Shown: positions 28,051 through 41,889 of the stretch, one piece after another | Numbering within the stretch: the stretch's first letter is position 1 | Layout of the letters: each line of letters starts with the position of its first letter | Assembly: GCF_009914755.1 (NCBI RefSeq) | Contig: NC_060935.1 | DNA length: 64,000 nucleotides | Reading direction: 5' to 3' (one strand) | Source of the DNA: the human T2T-CHM13v2.0 reference genome, Homo sapiens | Position numbers and translations under genes: made by a program | The notes under the pieces: model-generated | Database searches by the model: none | What the model was told of the DNA's origin: nothing | Seen by the model: the letters and a program-made list of their open reading frames with translations, nothing else

Positions 28051-29404
28051 CGCACAAGCATCAAGATGGATGTTATCATTCTGAATTTACTGAAAAGAAA
28101 CCGAGAGACAAAACAACCATTCAAGTTTATGCAACCAGTTATAGATATAGTTAAAATCTTAGGACCATTTGACTTTCTTCTCTCAGTTTGTCTAATCTTT
28201 ACAAAGGTGGTGATGTCGGGAACTATGAAAGGACTGAATTTTAACTGTATCAAAGGAGTACTACTATTGAACAGTTGCCAAGAGGAGAGAAGACACAAAC
28301 TGTACAAACATATTTTCAGTAGCAACTAAAAATATTTTAAAATATTTTCTATAGGACTTTTATATCTCTCCCATGTCTCGGTGAAAGCCTGGTGGAAAAG
28401 CATTGGATCTGAAGTGAAAAGTCCTAGGCTCTAGTCTTGAACAAGCCATTTGCCTTCTCTCAACTTTTCTACTTGCAAATGCGAAACTTGAATGGTCTTT
28501 CCAGTCACTTGATCTGAATGTTTACGATGCTTCCCAGAGAGCAAGTTTTAGTCACTGGGGACCAATATTTAGTCCAAATATTCAGTACCTAACTGTGAGC
28601 ATGGCCCAGAGTACCTGCCACTGGGAAGGGAACACACACGCACACACACAGACACACACACACACATCCCTTTTCTTTTCTGAGTGTTTGATTTAAAAAA
28701 TTTAAATTAAAAGAACTTAGTTGGAGAAAAATAAGCTTCATTAAAGTGCAGAGCTGGGTAGAAATCAAGGGAGAAAATAGAAACAAACAAGATTAAGTTT
28801 TCTGACATTGACTGGGCATAAAATATACATTAAAAGATAGTAAAAATGAAAGTATACCAACTGATAAAAGCAAAGAAAAGCTTAATCAAAATATGTGCTT
28901 GTGAGTACACATACACATACATACACATCCTCTATGAGCAAGTGGCTGGAGAAAAAAATAACAATTCCAGGTTATTTCTGAATCCAAGCATCTACTTAAA
29001 GAAGGGAAGTAAAGAAGATGGGCACATCTAACATTTACCAAGCAACTGCCTTGTGCCAGACAGGGGACATAGCCTACTTCCATGACAGAATTTGCTATAG
29101 CAGCCTACTCCATCTAATCTTGGCACCTACATGAAAACAGCATGATTATTTCTGCTTTATAGAAGCAGACATTGCACACAGAGGTGAACTATTTTGTCCA
29201 AGACCACACTATTAGTTAGTTGTGAAACCCAGCATTAAATCCACATCCAGTTTTAGTTCTTTCCTCTAATACTTTTCAATTACAAAGCAATCCCAGCCTT
29301 TCATCATATTATTCTATCATAATTTTTAAATAGCAAGAACAAGGAGGGCAGATATTAGTTTCTCATTTTTTTATAAAGGAAGAAGCTCACGCTTAGGAAA
29401 ATTA

Positions 29405-29627
<223 letters not shown>

Positions 29628-29962
29628 CTAAACCCACATGCCAAGTAAAAGGGTGGTGTGAATTCCAAAATTCCGACTCATATATCAGTTCCTTGGTTAC
29701 CATTTTATGATGAAACTCTTGACTCTTAATGTCAGCCTTTTACTGTTGAGAGGCATATGTCACATGGGTCAGAGAATGAGTTCTAGGGTTGCATGAATCC
29801 ATGTTCAAATCTGGGCTGCAACATTTACTGGCTATTTGGGAAAACTGATTAATTATTTCTTCCCTACATTAATTTGTCACATTTACTTCAAAGAATTTTC
29901 ATGAGAATTAAGTAATTTAATGTGACCGACCAGCAATGTAGGCTCAGGAAAAGGTTGGTGGC

Positions 29963-30140
29963 TGTCTTAGGCGGAGGTCTTCAGAAGCAAATCATGAAAA
30001 CAAAGGTGTGTGCTCCCAGGAGAGAGCCAGAAGGGAGTGGGGAAGTGGGACAGGGAAGGAGAAGGAGCCAAGCAAAGATGCACTTACAGGAAAAGTTCCA
30101 GGTTCAGCCTGATCCTTCAGGAGAAAACTAAAGTATAAAT
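29963..30140 (-). mobile_element. ERVL LTR33-like fragment
   Basis: TGTCTTAGG...GGGAGTGGGGAAGTGGGACAGGGAAGG. Confidence 0.6.
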
Positions 30141-30984
30141 TGCACCTCAGTTTGCCATCCCTCCAAATCTCCCAACACCCCCTTAAGTCGAGGAAGGGAA
30201 ATGAGCTTTCATACTTATGCATTATTCAGTCATTCAATAAAAAACATAGCAGATGTAGTAGGAAAAAAGGAGCTGCAAAAATCATAGGACTTTCTATTCT
30301 AGTCCTATACATCTACAGGCAAAGCAGCAGGAGTAATCTAAGGGCAGAGTAACAGGAACCAGGTAGGAGGTAGGAGGGGAGTGGGAATGGGACGTATATG
30401 AACAAATAGAAGAAGATTCTAGGGGATTTGGGTGGGATAGGCAGGGTCTGTTGCAGTGGAATTATTTTCTTATTATTACCTTTTATTAGGATGGGAATGG
30501 CATCTTTCTTTCATGAGCCTCATTTCCAGGAATATTGGGGAAAACCCATATATTCTCCTTGAGTCCAAGGTAAACTTCAGGCCAAGGCCAGAAAAAGGAT
30601 AGCAATTCAGAGGAAGATATACAACCCAGATCAATGGTCAAAAATGGAACTCCTAAGCTGAAAGCTTTATTAGGCCACCTACAACATCCATTTCAGACAC
30701 AGTTCTCAGCCAAGGGACCAGATCCCAGCCTCTGTGATTTATTAGAGATGAAAAGAACTGAAACAATGCAGCAAAAGGCAACTGGAAAAGACAGCTCTTT
30801 TATCATAAGAATAAATTCATGTTCCGCAAATCATTTAAACATATTTTTAAGAATTATCCGCCCCTTACCTAATACAATTAAAGCCTTAATTAATTACCTA
30901 AGAGGTAAACAAAGAGATGTACTGCTTCACTGAGACTCAAAAGGACATCTAGATTCCCTTCCTGCATTAATACTGCTTAACAAA

Positions 30985-31066
30985 TATCCATGAGTTCAAT
31001 TGTTTTGATTTTTAGATCCCACAAATAAGTGAGAACATGTGAGGTTTGTCTTTCTGTGCCTGGCTT
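30985..31066 (-). mobile_element. Isolated L1MA1-3 3' region fragment
   Basis: CCATGAGTTCAATTGTTTTGATTTTTAGATCCCACAAATAAGTGAGAACATG..TTTGTCTTTCTGTGCCTGGCTT. Confidence 0.8.
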
Positions 31067-31122
31067 GTAGACCTTCAGCCCAGGCATAAATTAACATTAG
31101 GTATCACTTGGAAAAAAAGTAA

Positions 31123-31554
<432 letters not shown>

Positions 31555-32289
31555 TGAGAATAGGATCTATTCTCAAAGAAAACTGTAAAGCAGAAATAAA
31601 GCATCTTTTTTTTTCCCCCAAGTCGATAATTCAGAAGTCGGAGTGTATCATGATGAAAACAAATCTGACCCTGGCTTAAGGAAACCAAATTCCATGCGCT
31701 TGAATTTGGGTGCTTTATTCATGGCATTAAACTCTCTTGAATATGAAAAGCCTAGATTTATTATAGAATAACTGGTCCTAGGGTAAAAAAGGTAAAAATG
31801 AAAGCTATATTGTAAAAGTGTTGTAAAATTGCACTACCATCAGCAGGAGATATAAATTGCCAAAACCCTCCCACAGAAGAGAAGTAATGTTTGTAGTAAG
31901 CATAGATCTAGTCATGAACTCCAGATCTGAATAGCTGGGTTATTTCTCACAAGCTCCTCAAAGTCTCTGAGTCTCCATTTCCTTAGGGAAAATGATGTTA
32001 CTGATTTTATAGTTTAATGTAGGACTGAATGGTATAATTTATGAAAGTTATTCTGGGAATATTTTCCAGTACTGGAAAATAAAATTTCTCAAAAATTAGA
32101 AGCCATTGTTAAGGTGCCATTTTCCTTGTTGGGTGATTCAGGGTTATCAAAGACTTGGAAAATTCTGAAAATTCACCACACATATCAGACTGGCACAGTA
32201 GTGAAGACGTTGAGTGAGTCTGAAAAGTTACCATCTAGAAAGGACTTATAGTGACAGTGTGACATCGATTGGAAAGGCAATTATGGAGG

Positions 32290-33130
32290 AACCGTGTTGG
32301 GCTGTGTTCTAATCTGCAGATTTGACTGGGGAAGAATCCACATTTAAGATCATTCAGGTTGTTGGAAAAATTAATTTCCCTGTAGCTGAGGGATTTGGGG
32401 ACATGGATTCTTCTTGTCTGTTGGCTGGAGATTGCCATCAGGTTTTGGAGACTACTCGAAGTTCCTAGAGACCAAAAACAGTTCTTTGCCATGTGGGCTT
32501 CACCAATCTGGCCACTTATTTCACCAAGCTTCTAGCTGCAATGTGCAAAGACTGAGTCTTATTAAATGTAACATAATCACAGGAGTGGTTTTAATGGAGA
32601 TCATCCATTATCCTGGTTAATATATTAATTAGAATTAAGTCACAAATCCTACTTGTACTCAAGAAGGTATAATTATACAAGGATGTGTGTATTAAAATGC
32701 CTGACTTGTGACAGTTTTTAAGCTACCCCCTCCCCCTTCCCTTTGTGCCCCACATAGGGTCAAGATGATAAGAAAGCCTGGGAGCCCACCCATTTGACAC
32801 GAGCAGGGGGTTCAAACCATACATGACCCTGGTCATGCACAGGAATCCTCACCCCAGCTGCACTGCCTAAACAGCACAAAAACTTCAAGATAACCTCTTT
32901 TTCCTATTTTCAAGCCACTTTAGACCTTCTCAGGGAGCCACTCCACTCTTCTCAGAGAGCCTCATTATGTGAGTCATAAAGCTTTGCATGCTTTCTTGGT
33001 GTGTGTGTTGTCATCAGTCTCTATACCTGAACCAAATTTTTATGTTGGGCCATTCCATTCTGTGTGGTGACAGTAACTGTGGATATCATGAGGAGGGGAC
33101 ATAAGGGACACCCTAAAATCAGTCTGCTGA
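32290..33130 (-). mobile_element. MLT1D/E-type MaLR LTR split by an ERVL LTR
   Basis: GACTGGGGAAGAATCCAC..AAGATCATTCAGGTTGTTGG..AATTAATTTCC and ACATAATCACAGGAGTG motifs. Confidence 0.65.
32685..33078 (+). mobile_element. ERVL LTR, MER54/MER73-like
   Basis: AAGCTACCCCCTCCCCCTTCCC..GATAAGAAAGCC..TTCAAACCA and AGAGAGCCTCATTATGTGAGT motifs. Confidence 0.55.
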
Positions 33131-33222
33131 AGCATGGATATTGGTAGTATAAGCAGGGATATGAAGCTTTTTAAATGATCACTCTTCAAATGTATCAGTC
33201 AAATATCTCAAGTAGTGAGTGA

Positions 33223-33620
<398 letters not shown>

Positions 33621-33634
33621 TCATTCGTGCTTCC

Positions 33635-34030
33635 ATCCATCCATTCATTTTGGAAGGATTTATGAAGCACCTGTCATGTACCAGTCCTGTGTTAGATGCT
33701 AGGCATACAGTAGTCCATGTGACAGACAATACCCCTACCTTTATATAATTTCCAATTTAGTGGGAAACATAGACAAGTAAACAGACAATTACAGCACTAA
33801 GGGTTAAGAGCTAAAATGGGTAAAACTTGCAAAGTGATGGGAACGCTGAGGAGAAATATTCATTCCACTCAAGTGTGGTGACCTGAAATGAGGACTGAAG
33901 GATAACCAGGAATGAAACCAACAAAATGTGTGAGCATAAATATGGAAGACATTCCCTGGAAGGACAGTGGGACAGGAAGAATGGAATGGCCCGGAATGAT
34001 AGAAATCATGTGGAGGCATACTTGGAATAT
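33635..34030 (-). mobile_element. L2 3' fragment
   Basis: CATTCATT...TGTGTTAGATGCTAGG..ATACAG..ACAGACAA antisense L2 end. Confidence 0.65.
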
Positions 34031-35509
34031 TCAAGGAACTGAATATTTCAATAATTTAGTGTCACGACAGAATGTGTCCATTATTTTAGTCTCTGAAGAA
34101 CCACTCTAAATTAACACGAGAAGAATAGAATATCCAGTGTTATAACTAAAGTCACTAAACTTTATGTTCCGATAGGTCCTCTTTTATTTTTTCAGTTTTC
34201 TAGTGTATAAAAAGCAGAACTAGAAATCCCGCATTGGAAACTTTCTGAAATCATTCTACTAGGGGATCCCAGCATACACCTTATTGGATTAGCTGTGCAA
34301 CTTTTAAAATGGGTTTAGCCCTGCAACTTTCTGTAGAGTCATCCCAAGCCCATCCCAACATGGACCATGCACACACATGGCAGTCATGGTGAATGCTCTG
34401 TATGTTCAGATTTACTGTTGAGTTCTGACACAAGAGCTATATAGTTTTGGGTTTCTGTGAGCCCCAGTTTCTTCATGTGTGAGTAGGCAATAATAATATT
34501 TGCAAAGTCATCACTTACGAGAATAGGGGATTTCTTTGATTACATGAACTCTTCCTGTGTTTCATACCCCAGAGCTGTTATTATAACTCACTCCACAGCT
34601 GGAAAAAGATAGCAAATATCCTCAGAGATAAAAACCTCTGAGCCAAACTTGCTTAACAATGAAGGCCCCTTCAAGTCTGAGCAGTGCAGTTGCCATTGTT
34701 GATTCATTTTCTGTCAGTGCCTGAGAAACTTAGTGACTTCTGTCTATATTTATGCTGGCATTTGGAGTCTCAGGAGGTGTGATTGAGATATAAAAAAAGA
34801 CAAGAGGAAACAGAACTTTTTAAAAGCCAGAGCAAGCACAGGAGTTTATCTCTTCACTTTGGGTTGACTTTTAAATAACCTTTTGAGGCCTCTTTCTGCA
34901 TAATATCACTAAGGAGAGGGATCTTGACTAAAATAGAGAAAGAGCAAGAAAGAGAAAGGAAGAATGATGTCAATAATAGCTATAAATGATGTAAAGTATC
35001 TTCAGATGTAATTATAATAAATCTTTATTAAATATGTACAAAGCATTACTTTTTATAAATATCATTTAGTTTCTTATTTTACAGAAATAAATCAGTGCAG
35101 AATAAAATCTGTCTCAGGAAAAAATTAGAGGCAGGAGATTCAGGGTCCTGACAAAAGTATGTTTCTGTGAGAATCTCATTCTGTGGGTGACACATGTCAT
35201 CTGAGATTGGCTGAGAACAGGATAGTCCATGGAGGGCTAACAAGGTAAAGCGAATCGATACGCCACCCTCATCTTTCACTCAGACTCCAAACACAGCCAG
35301 CAGGAAGACCTTTCTGTCCTCAAACTCAATCACATGAGTCTGCGTGCATGCCAACACAAGCTTCATGTACCTTCCTCCAAAGGGAGGAGCTTAGGCAGAA
35401 AAACAGCATAGTTAGCACTTCCAGGGATTCTTCATTTACTGATCAGCTTGAGAAACAGGAACCTTGTGGGTGAGGCAAAGACTCATCAGGTGAAAGGAGG
35501 CTGCAGTAA

Positions 35510-35640
35510 TGAATACTGTACTTCCATTTCACCTCACAAGCATACAGCTTAGGAAAAAAAATAAAGGTATTACTCCCTTTGTTACATTTTCCCTTATTCC
35601 AGATGTTGCTTCTTGCTATTCAATATGGTAATTATATAGC
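35510..35640 (+). repeat. MER121-like partial copy (3' third)
   Basis: Diverged direct homology to 38260-38384: CAGCTT.GGAAA..ATAAA, TTTGTT, ATTCCAGATGTTG, CTTGCT, TATGGTAATTA. Confidence 0.7.
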
Positions 35641-36279
35641 CCACTCTCATTTCCGAAATTACCCTTTTGCACGCCAATGATGAATCTTTCCCAAAGACTG
35701 ACACTAACAGCCCCCAGAACCAAGCCCATTCTGCCATTTTCTCTAAGAGCAAAACAGTGATTCCTGAAAGATGACCCAATAGGCCCTGAAAATTGGTACA
35801 ATGCTTTCAGAAAGTAAGAACTGTCAACAGGGTTCATTTATAATAATGGAGTTGTAAAGTCAATCTAATTGTCCAAAAGCAGGGGATCAATTAAATAAAG
35901 TATGTTAACATCTTAAAACAAAGCTCCCTACAGCCATTACAATTGAAAAATAAAAGTATATTTGATGGCATGGGGAAATGCTCCCGCACTGTTAAGTTAC
36001 AAGAACATGATGTGCCAAAATCAGATTCTATTCTTGTAATATATTAATGTGTCATGCCTAGAGTGAACGATCTCTCTCTCCCTCTCCCTTTCTCTCTCTC
36101 TCTCTCTGTCAGTTTCTGTGTCAGCCTGTGTGAGTGTGTGTAAACTGTACTTGCTTGCTTCCTTCAGATCCCACTCAAAACTCACTTTCTCTATGAAGCC
36201 TTCTCTGAACACTCCACCTAAAATCCCAAGATCTTCAAAACCTTCAATCTCCTTTCCCTTGTTTATTTTTCTCTTTAGC

Positions 36280-36610
36280 TCTATTAGTCCATTCTCACAC
36301 TGCTAATAAAGACATACCTGAGACTGGGCAATATATAAAGGAAAAAGATTTAATGGACTCACAGTTCCACAATGCTGGGGAGGCCTCACAATCATGGCAG
36401 AAGGTGAGGGAGGAGCAAAGACACGTCTTACATGGTGACAGGCAAGAGAGCTTGTGTAAGGGAACTCCTCCTTATAAAACTGTGTGATCTCATGAGACTT
36501 ATTCATTATCATGAGAACAGCACAGGAAAGACCCACCCCCATGATTCAATTACTTCTCACTGGGTCCCTCCCTCAACACATGGGAAATATGGGAGCTACA
36601 ATTCAAGATG
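36280..36610 (-). mobile_element. THE1C MaLR LTR missing its first ~30 nt
   Basis: TATTAGTCCATTCTCACACTGCTAATAAAGACATACC...GGGAGCTACAATTCAAGATG. Confidence 0.9.
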
Positions 36611-36644
36611 TTAAGTTAGCATTTGCAAATTTGTACCATACTAA

Positions 36645-37095
36645 ATGCATCCAGTACGGTCCTAGACAGAAACGGATGGCACACAGAGCCATAGTAATTG
36701 AGATGAATTTAATGGAGGGACCCTGTACAAGGGTGTGAGCAGAAGGAAAGGAAACCAGCAAGAAATTGTAAAGCATTACAGGATGAGCAACAATGGAAGA
36801 GCCAATATGTTTTCTGGGAATGAAGGGGCAAGAGAAAAGAGCAGTTATTAGAATAAGAAAGTTGTAACTGTAGAGATAGGAGCTGTGGCCTGTACAAAGG
36901 AACAAAGCCATGTGAATCCACAGCCCAACAGGAATAAATACCCTGGCCTCTGTCTCTCCACCTTCTCATCTCTCCCAGTGCCTGCCACTTTCTGAACCCA
37001 ATCAGAAGTCAGAGGGCAAAGGAGCTCATCCTTAGAATTCCTATTGCTAGGACACAGAGCAGTGTGGAAATATCCAAGTGGATAGTATCAAACAA
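36645..37095 (-). mobile_element. Old ERVL LTR (LTR67B/LTR79-like)
   Basis: GAAACGGATGGCACAC..TTTAATGGAGGGAC..TACAAGGGTGTG and CAGAAGTCAGAGGGCAAAGGAGCTCA motifs. Confidence 0.5.
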
Positions 37096-37984
37096 CTGCA
37101 AAGTTTACTTAATTATTTGTTTATTGACTCACTCTCGCTGAAATGTAATCTTCAAGAGGATAGACATTTTTGCCTATTTGGGCTACTAATATATTTCCAG
37201 CACATGGAAAACTGCCTGTGTACAGTAGATGCTCAGTAAATATTTGATAAATGAATAAATGTTGAATGATAGTTATAAAATGTTTGTATTTTGGTAATGA
37301 GAATATGGGTAATTTTAATTTTTTTATGACTTTCTATATTTTCCAAGTTTCTTTAATAAACATATACTTTGTTTACAATCAAGAAATATATGTGTGTGTG
37401 TGCATGCTTGTGTGTGTGTGCATGTGTGTATGTATATATAGACACACATTTAGTCTGGAGTATGGCATGCAAGCAGGAGAAAGAACCCAATCCTTTCCTT
37501 AGAATTCATCAAGTAATAAAATGTGTGCTGTGTTCTCCAGCTCTGGGCCATGCAGAAGCAGTTATGTCTAGGAAGCTCTGATCAATATTACCTTTCCAAA
37601 CTCTACAAATATCCCAGACCAATTGCCTATATATTATTTATGCTGTGAAGATAACATTTAGGCAATACATAATTAAACAACAACTATCTCTGGAGACACA
37701 AGTAGAACATTGATTATGAAATAATCCACCCTTGACAAAAGGAAGGAAAGATGTCCTTCAGGGTTTGACAACTATTTTTTAATAAAACCAGACAAGCAGC
37801 TTGGCAGTTGCTTTTCCTGGTAGAGGTCCCCAACCTTTAGCAACGTATACCTCAAATGAATATCATTACTTATATTCTTATCTGCTTACCTCTAAATTAT
37901 AGTTACCTGTATTACAAGCCTAATTCAATCATTGGTCCCTAAACACAAGGAAGGCAGTGGTTTTTTGCAATGTGTTTCCCAAGG

Positions 37985-38384
37985 CAGAAGTTATTCTGTC
38001 AGCAGCAGAAATGGTGATTGGATGATACGAAATTGTATTTCATTACTTGACTCAAAACATATATAGTAAAATCCTGTTAAACGTGCCTTATTGTGCCCAA
38101 GTTTTCCTTGCTCTAGATGCAAGGTGCTCCATCATACAGCTGTCATGATAACACCAAAAGGCTGTGGCAGAGTTATCTTATACATTCACACTATTCTTAT
38201 AATAGGGGCTGCCAGCATTCTGAATGGAATGTAATAGATATTGATTTGCACACCCAGGTGTGAATATTGTGATTTCCTTTTACCACCTTCCAGCTTGGAA
38301 ATAAATGAGCTTCTACTGTTTGTTGTTGCTCCTTTCCTCATTCCAGATGTTGTACCTTGCTTTTAGGTATGATAATTACACATC
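37985..38384 (+). repeat. MER121 ancient conserved repeat, near full length
   Basis: CATACAGCTGTCATGATAA..CAGAGTTATCTTATACATTCACACTA.TCTTATAATAG..TTCTGAATGGAA..CACACCCAGGTGTGAATAT.GTGATTTCCTTTTACC..CCAGCTTGGAAATAAA..CTCCTTTCCTCATTCCAGA..GTACCTTGCTTTTA..TAATTACACA match the recalled MER121 consensus. Confidence 0.85.
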
Positions 38385-40478
38385 TAAAAGCTGAACACTC
38401 TTTGAATGCTATAAAAAAACCCACCAGATTGCATGAAAGTGTTTTTGTCAATAGGGAAAAAAATCTTACGCAGTTCATAAATATCATTAAATCAATGCAA
38501 GCTTTAAATTAGCTTTTTTCACCTGTTATACATATGTTTAATCACACATATGTGTATTTATAAACTATATACATAATGTTTTCTCACATCGATCATGAAA
38601 TTTCATAAAGATCAACTTCTACTCCAAGAAAAGTTCCCAATAAGTTTAATGTCAATAAAAATATAATCGAAGCAGTATATTAAGGGGTGACAAGATATAA
38701 TAGTTATTTCCAACTGATGTTTCCTGGCACACCATCAATCCACTCAGGGTTTCTAGCTAATGATCTTAGCAAATGTCTCAAGACTTCATGGAGCCCTGGC
38801 TCACCAGGCATAGTAGCAAGGATGCCAACATTGGCATCTTTGTTGAAGTAATTAATTGATTAATAAATGGTAACCAAGATTATACAGTCTGATGATGACT
38901 GATTTGACACATCAGTTAATCAGGGATGTGTCTTCATGCTGAATTAGCAATGGCAGCCACAAGAAAGGAGAAAAATAAGGGGTAAGAAGAAAGTATAGCA
39001 GCCAAGATGATAGCATCAAGGCCTTTGCTAAGAGTTAAAATGGAAACAAAAGGAGGTTTCTTTGGTTTTATTTTGTTGTTGTGGTCTAGTATCATTAAAC
39101 AACTAATTTTGTCTGGGTTTCAGTTGTACGTTCATCTGACTCCCTTTTATGAAATTAGCAAAAGTCACTAAAAGAACAAAATAGATAGAAAATAAAATGC
39201 TGAAGTCAAATACACACATAAACACATGTAACATATGAAAACAAATATACATATACATATATATATGCATACATACATATATATAAAGTTCTCAAAATAG
39301 AGAAGGAAGCCTATATTAAACGAAGGATTTGGTCATGATATTACTAATTCATGTCATTTGACTACCATTTTCAAAGTATACACTGTGTTCTAGGAATTCT
39401 GCTAAGCCCTGGAGATTTAGCATGAAATATAAATTCCTTTGCCTTTGAGAGCCTCAGAATCTCATGAAGAACAGCAAGTAATCAGGGTTATACTGGAGAT
39501 AAGTCTGGGATTCTGTAGGTGCCCACAAAAAAGTGGCATGACCTAAACTGTGGACGTAGGGAAGGCCTCTAAGAAGGGGTAGTGTTTAACAGACAGCCAC
39601 TGAGAGCCAAATGGGAGTTAGGTGTTTCAACAAGGCAGGAGGCAAGCAAAGAAGGCACAATGTACAAGACAAAATAAAATGTACTGAGGAGACTAAAATA
39701 ATTCTCATGGTTGATGGTGTGGTTTGGAAAAGTCTCTTTCACTTAGCTTTATGCATCAGTGTATAGACAATAGGGCTACAGTTAGATCTGAATCCAAATC
39801 CTCAATGCACCACCCAGTAGCTTATCACTTGGGGCAATATTACTTAACCTCCGTCAGCCTTAGCTTCCCTATGTGGAGAAAGACGATAAGAGTTGCACCC
39901 TTCTCATACGGCACAGACACATAGTAAATTCAAAAATCAATAAATTCAACCTTGAATATCATTAAGCATTATTACTATTATTGGGAATCATTGATCCATT
40001 TTTTTTGTCTATCCCTTAAAGAAAGATAATTTCTATTTGGCCCTCTCTCTATTTATTCCTGGAGAGAAACTGTCCGTGTCTTAGGGAAAGTAAGGCTCAC
40101 TACAGACTGTCACAGAGACAGTAGAATGGCAAATTGTGCTACATCACCCTGGATCTGAGAATGGTCAAATCATTATACTTGTCTATTGCCCTTTCAGGTA
40201 ACCCCTGAAGGTGCTCCATCCTATAGCTGTTGGGATGCTGGTCCTGATGTAGCTATTGGCATCTGCAAATGCTGAAGATCCAATAAACCTCCCGGTTCAC
40301 TTCACTGCCTTAACTTCCACCTCAATGCCATGGCTCAGCAATCTCTAGCTAGATCCACACTTGTTCCATTATGACATGGTGATTTTAAATGCCTTCAAAC
40401 TACACAGGAGGATAAAAAGCAAAGAAAAAGACTCTTCTTTTTCTAACCACAGATACCACTTTTATTTTTCCAGCTGCT

Positions 40479-40652
40479 GCAGCGAGAATTGATGATTGAA
40501 AGCCAATAAAGCTTCTATTGACTCAGAGTATAAGGGCCTTGATTTATCTCAACACTTGGCAGCAAAATAAAAACAACAAGAATAATACAGGTGTGTCCTT
40601 TGCTGTAAATAATATAGATTTACTATCTGCAAATTTCATAACCTTGATGCTG
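40479..40652. repeat. MER135-like ancient repeat with a ~45-nt internal insertion
   Basis: AGCCAATAAA..TTGAC.CAGAG.ATAAGGGCCTTGATTTATC..CACTTGGCAGCAAAATAA [insert] GATTTAC..TCTGCAAATTTCATAA.C.TGATGCTG. Confidence 0.65.
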
Positions 40653-41889
40653 GAAACGTACTGACTCAAGTACGTCAGGCAACACTAGATGCTGGCAATC
40701 AATTGTTTACAGCGTTGACATTTTCTAGCATCTATTTTAAGATTGTGAAGTTTTAAACTGCTATTTTTCATTGCCCATACTGACATTTTCACCAAGCTTT
40801 CCTTAGCGAAGCTGGTACCTTGGCTTGTTAATCCAAGAAGCGCAGCTAGATCTTCAAAGTTTCTCAGGACTGTGTAAAGAGTAATGTATAAAACCATATC
40901 CCCCATCCTCCCTCAAAAAATTACCTGTTGTGAGAAGTCTAACTCTCAGAATTTGGGTCAAAAATTTGCTTCGTAATTTATTCTTGTGAGTGCTGCCAAG
41001 TCAGCTTATTGTTTATTTAAAAATAAAAAATAACTGGGCCGTTTTGTGTATGTAAATATAGGTTGAGATTTGGTTGGTTCAAGATGAGGAAATAATTGAA
41101 ATTATTGCTTTCTTTATTGTCATATTCCAAGGCTTAGGGGCATACAAACTCTATAGTAAAAATGCACTAGACTTTCTGTAAGGTATTTAACAGATACCAT
41201 CCTATGATTTTATTGTGAATTAAATAGAAAAAAATGAGAGAATTTAGAGTAACATGAAACCAAAGCTGGCCTGAATAGAGGCATCCCAGAAAAGTTCATG
41301 TATATCAAATTAGGTGAAGATTATCCTTGAAACAAAGGGACACTGGATTTAGAACTGTCTTGAAAATCAATTAAAACATAAAGAATTTGCTTACAAAATT
41401 GTGAATAATAACCTGGAATGAATAACTTAATAAGTTATATGACAAATCAAAATTTAAAATGGCCTTGGTGAAACTGAAATAGTATGCCAGAACTATAAAG
41501 GGCAAAGAAAGCAAAACAAAAATTAGTACATATTTATTTATGCACCTTATACAAATGATATATGATTTCATATATTAATAATCTAATAAATCAGGCAACA
41601 TTATTCTCTTTTTACAGATCAAGAAACAAAGGCCTAAAAAAGCTCAGTTAATTTATCAGTATTGGATAGCTAGTGAATGGCAAAGACAAAATTCAAAGCC
41701 AATCATTGTTTTACTATATAATATTTTCCATATATATTAAAATAAGCATAAAATCCTGAATAGAGGTTCAAAAACTAAGACAGTTATGGAATATATTTAA
41801 AATATATTTGTTTTGGAAAAAAAGATTAAGGATTATTTGAACTTCAAAATAAGTAACAAATATAGTGTATCACTATTGCCAAAATAGTA

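Larger units (their letters stand above)
35835..37386 (+). mobile_element. L1ME-type 3' remnant (35835-36060 and 37270-37386) split by nested L2 and LTRs
   Basis: L1ME 3'UTR motifs on both sides, ending TAATAAACATATACTTTG.TTACAATCAAGAAA. Confidence 0.55.

Noticed and set aside
27499-28329. 130-aa and 111-aa ORFs
   Set aside because: No recognisable homology; partly overlapping MER58/MIR remnants.
40020-40480. Splice-like signals (AAG/GTAAGG, CCCTTTCAG, TTTTTCCAG)
   Set aside because: No coherent exon chain or reading frame.
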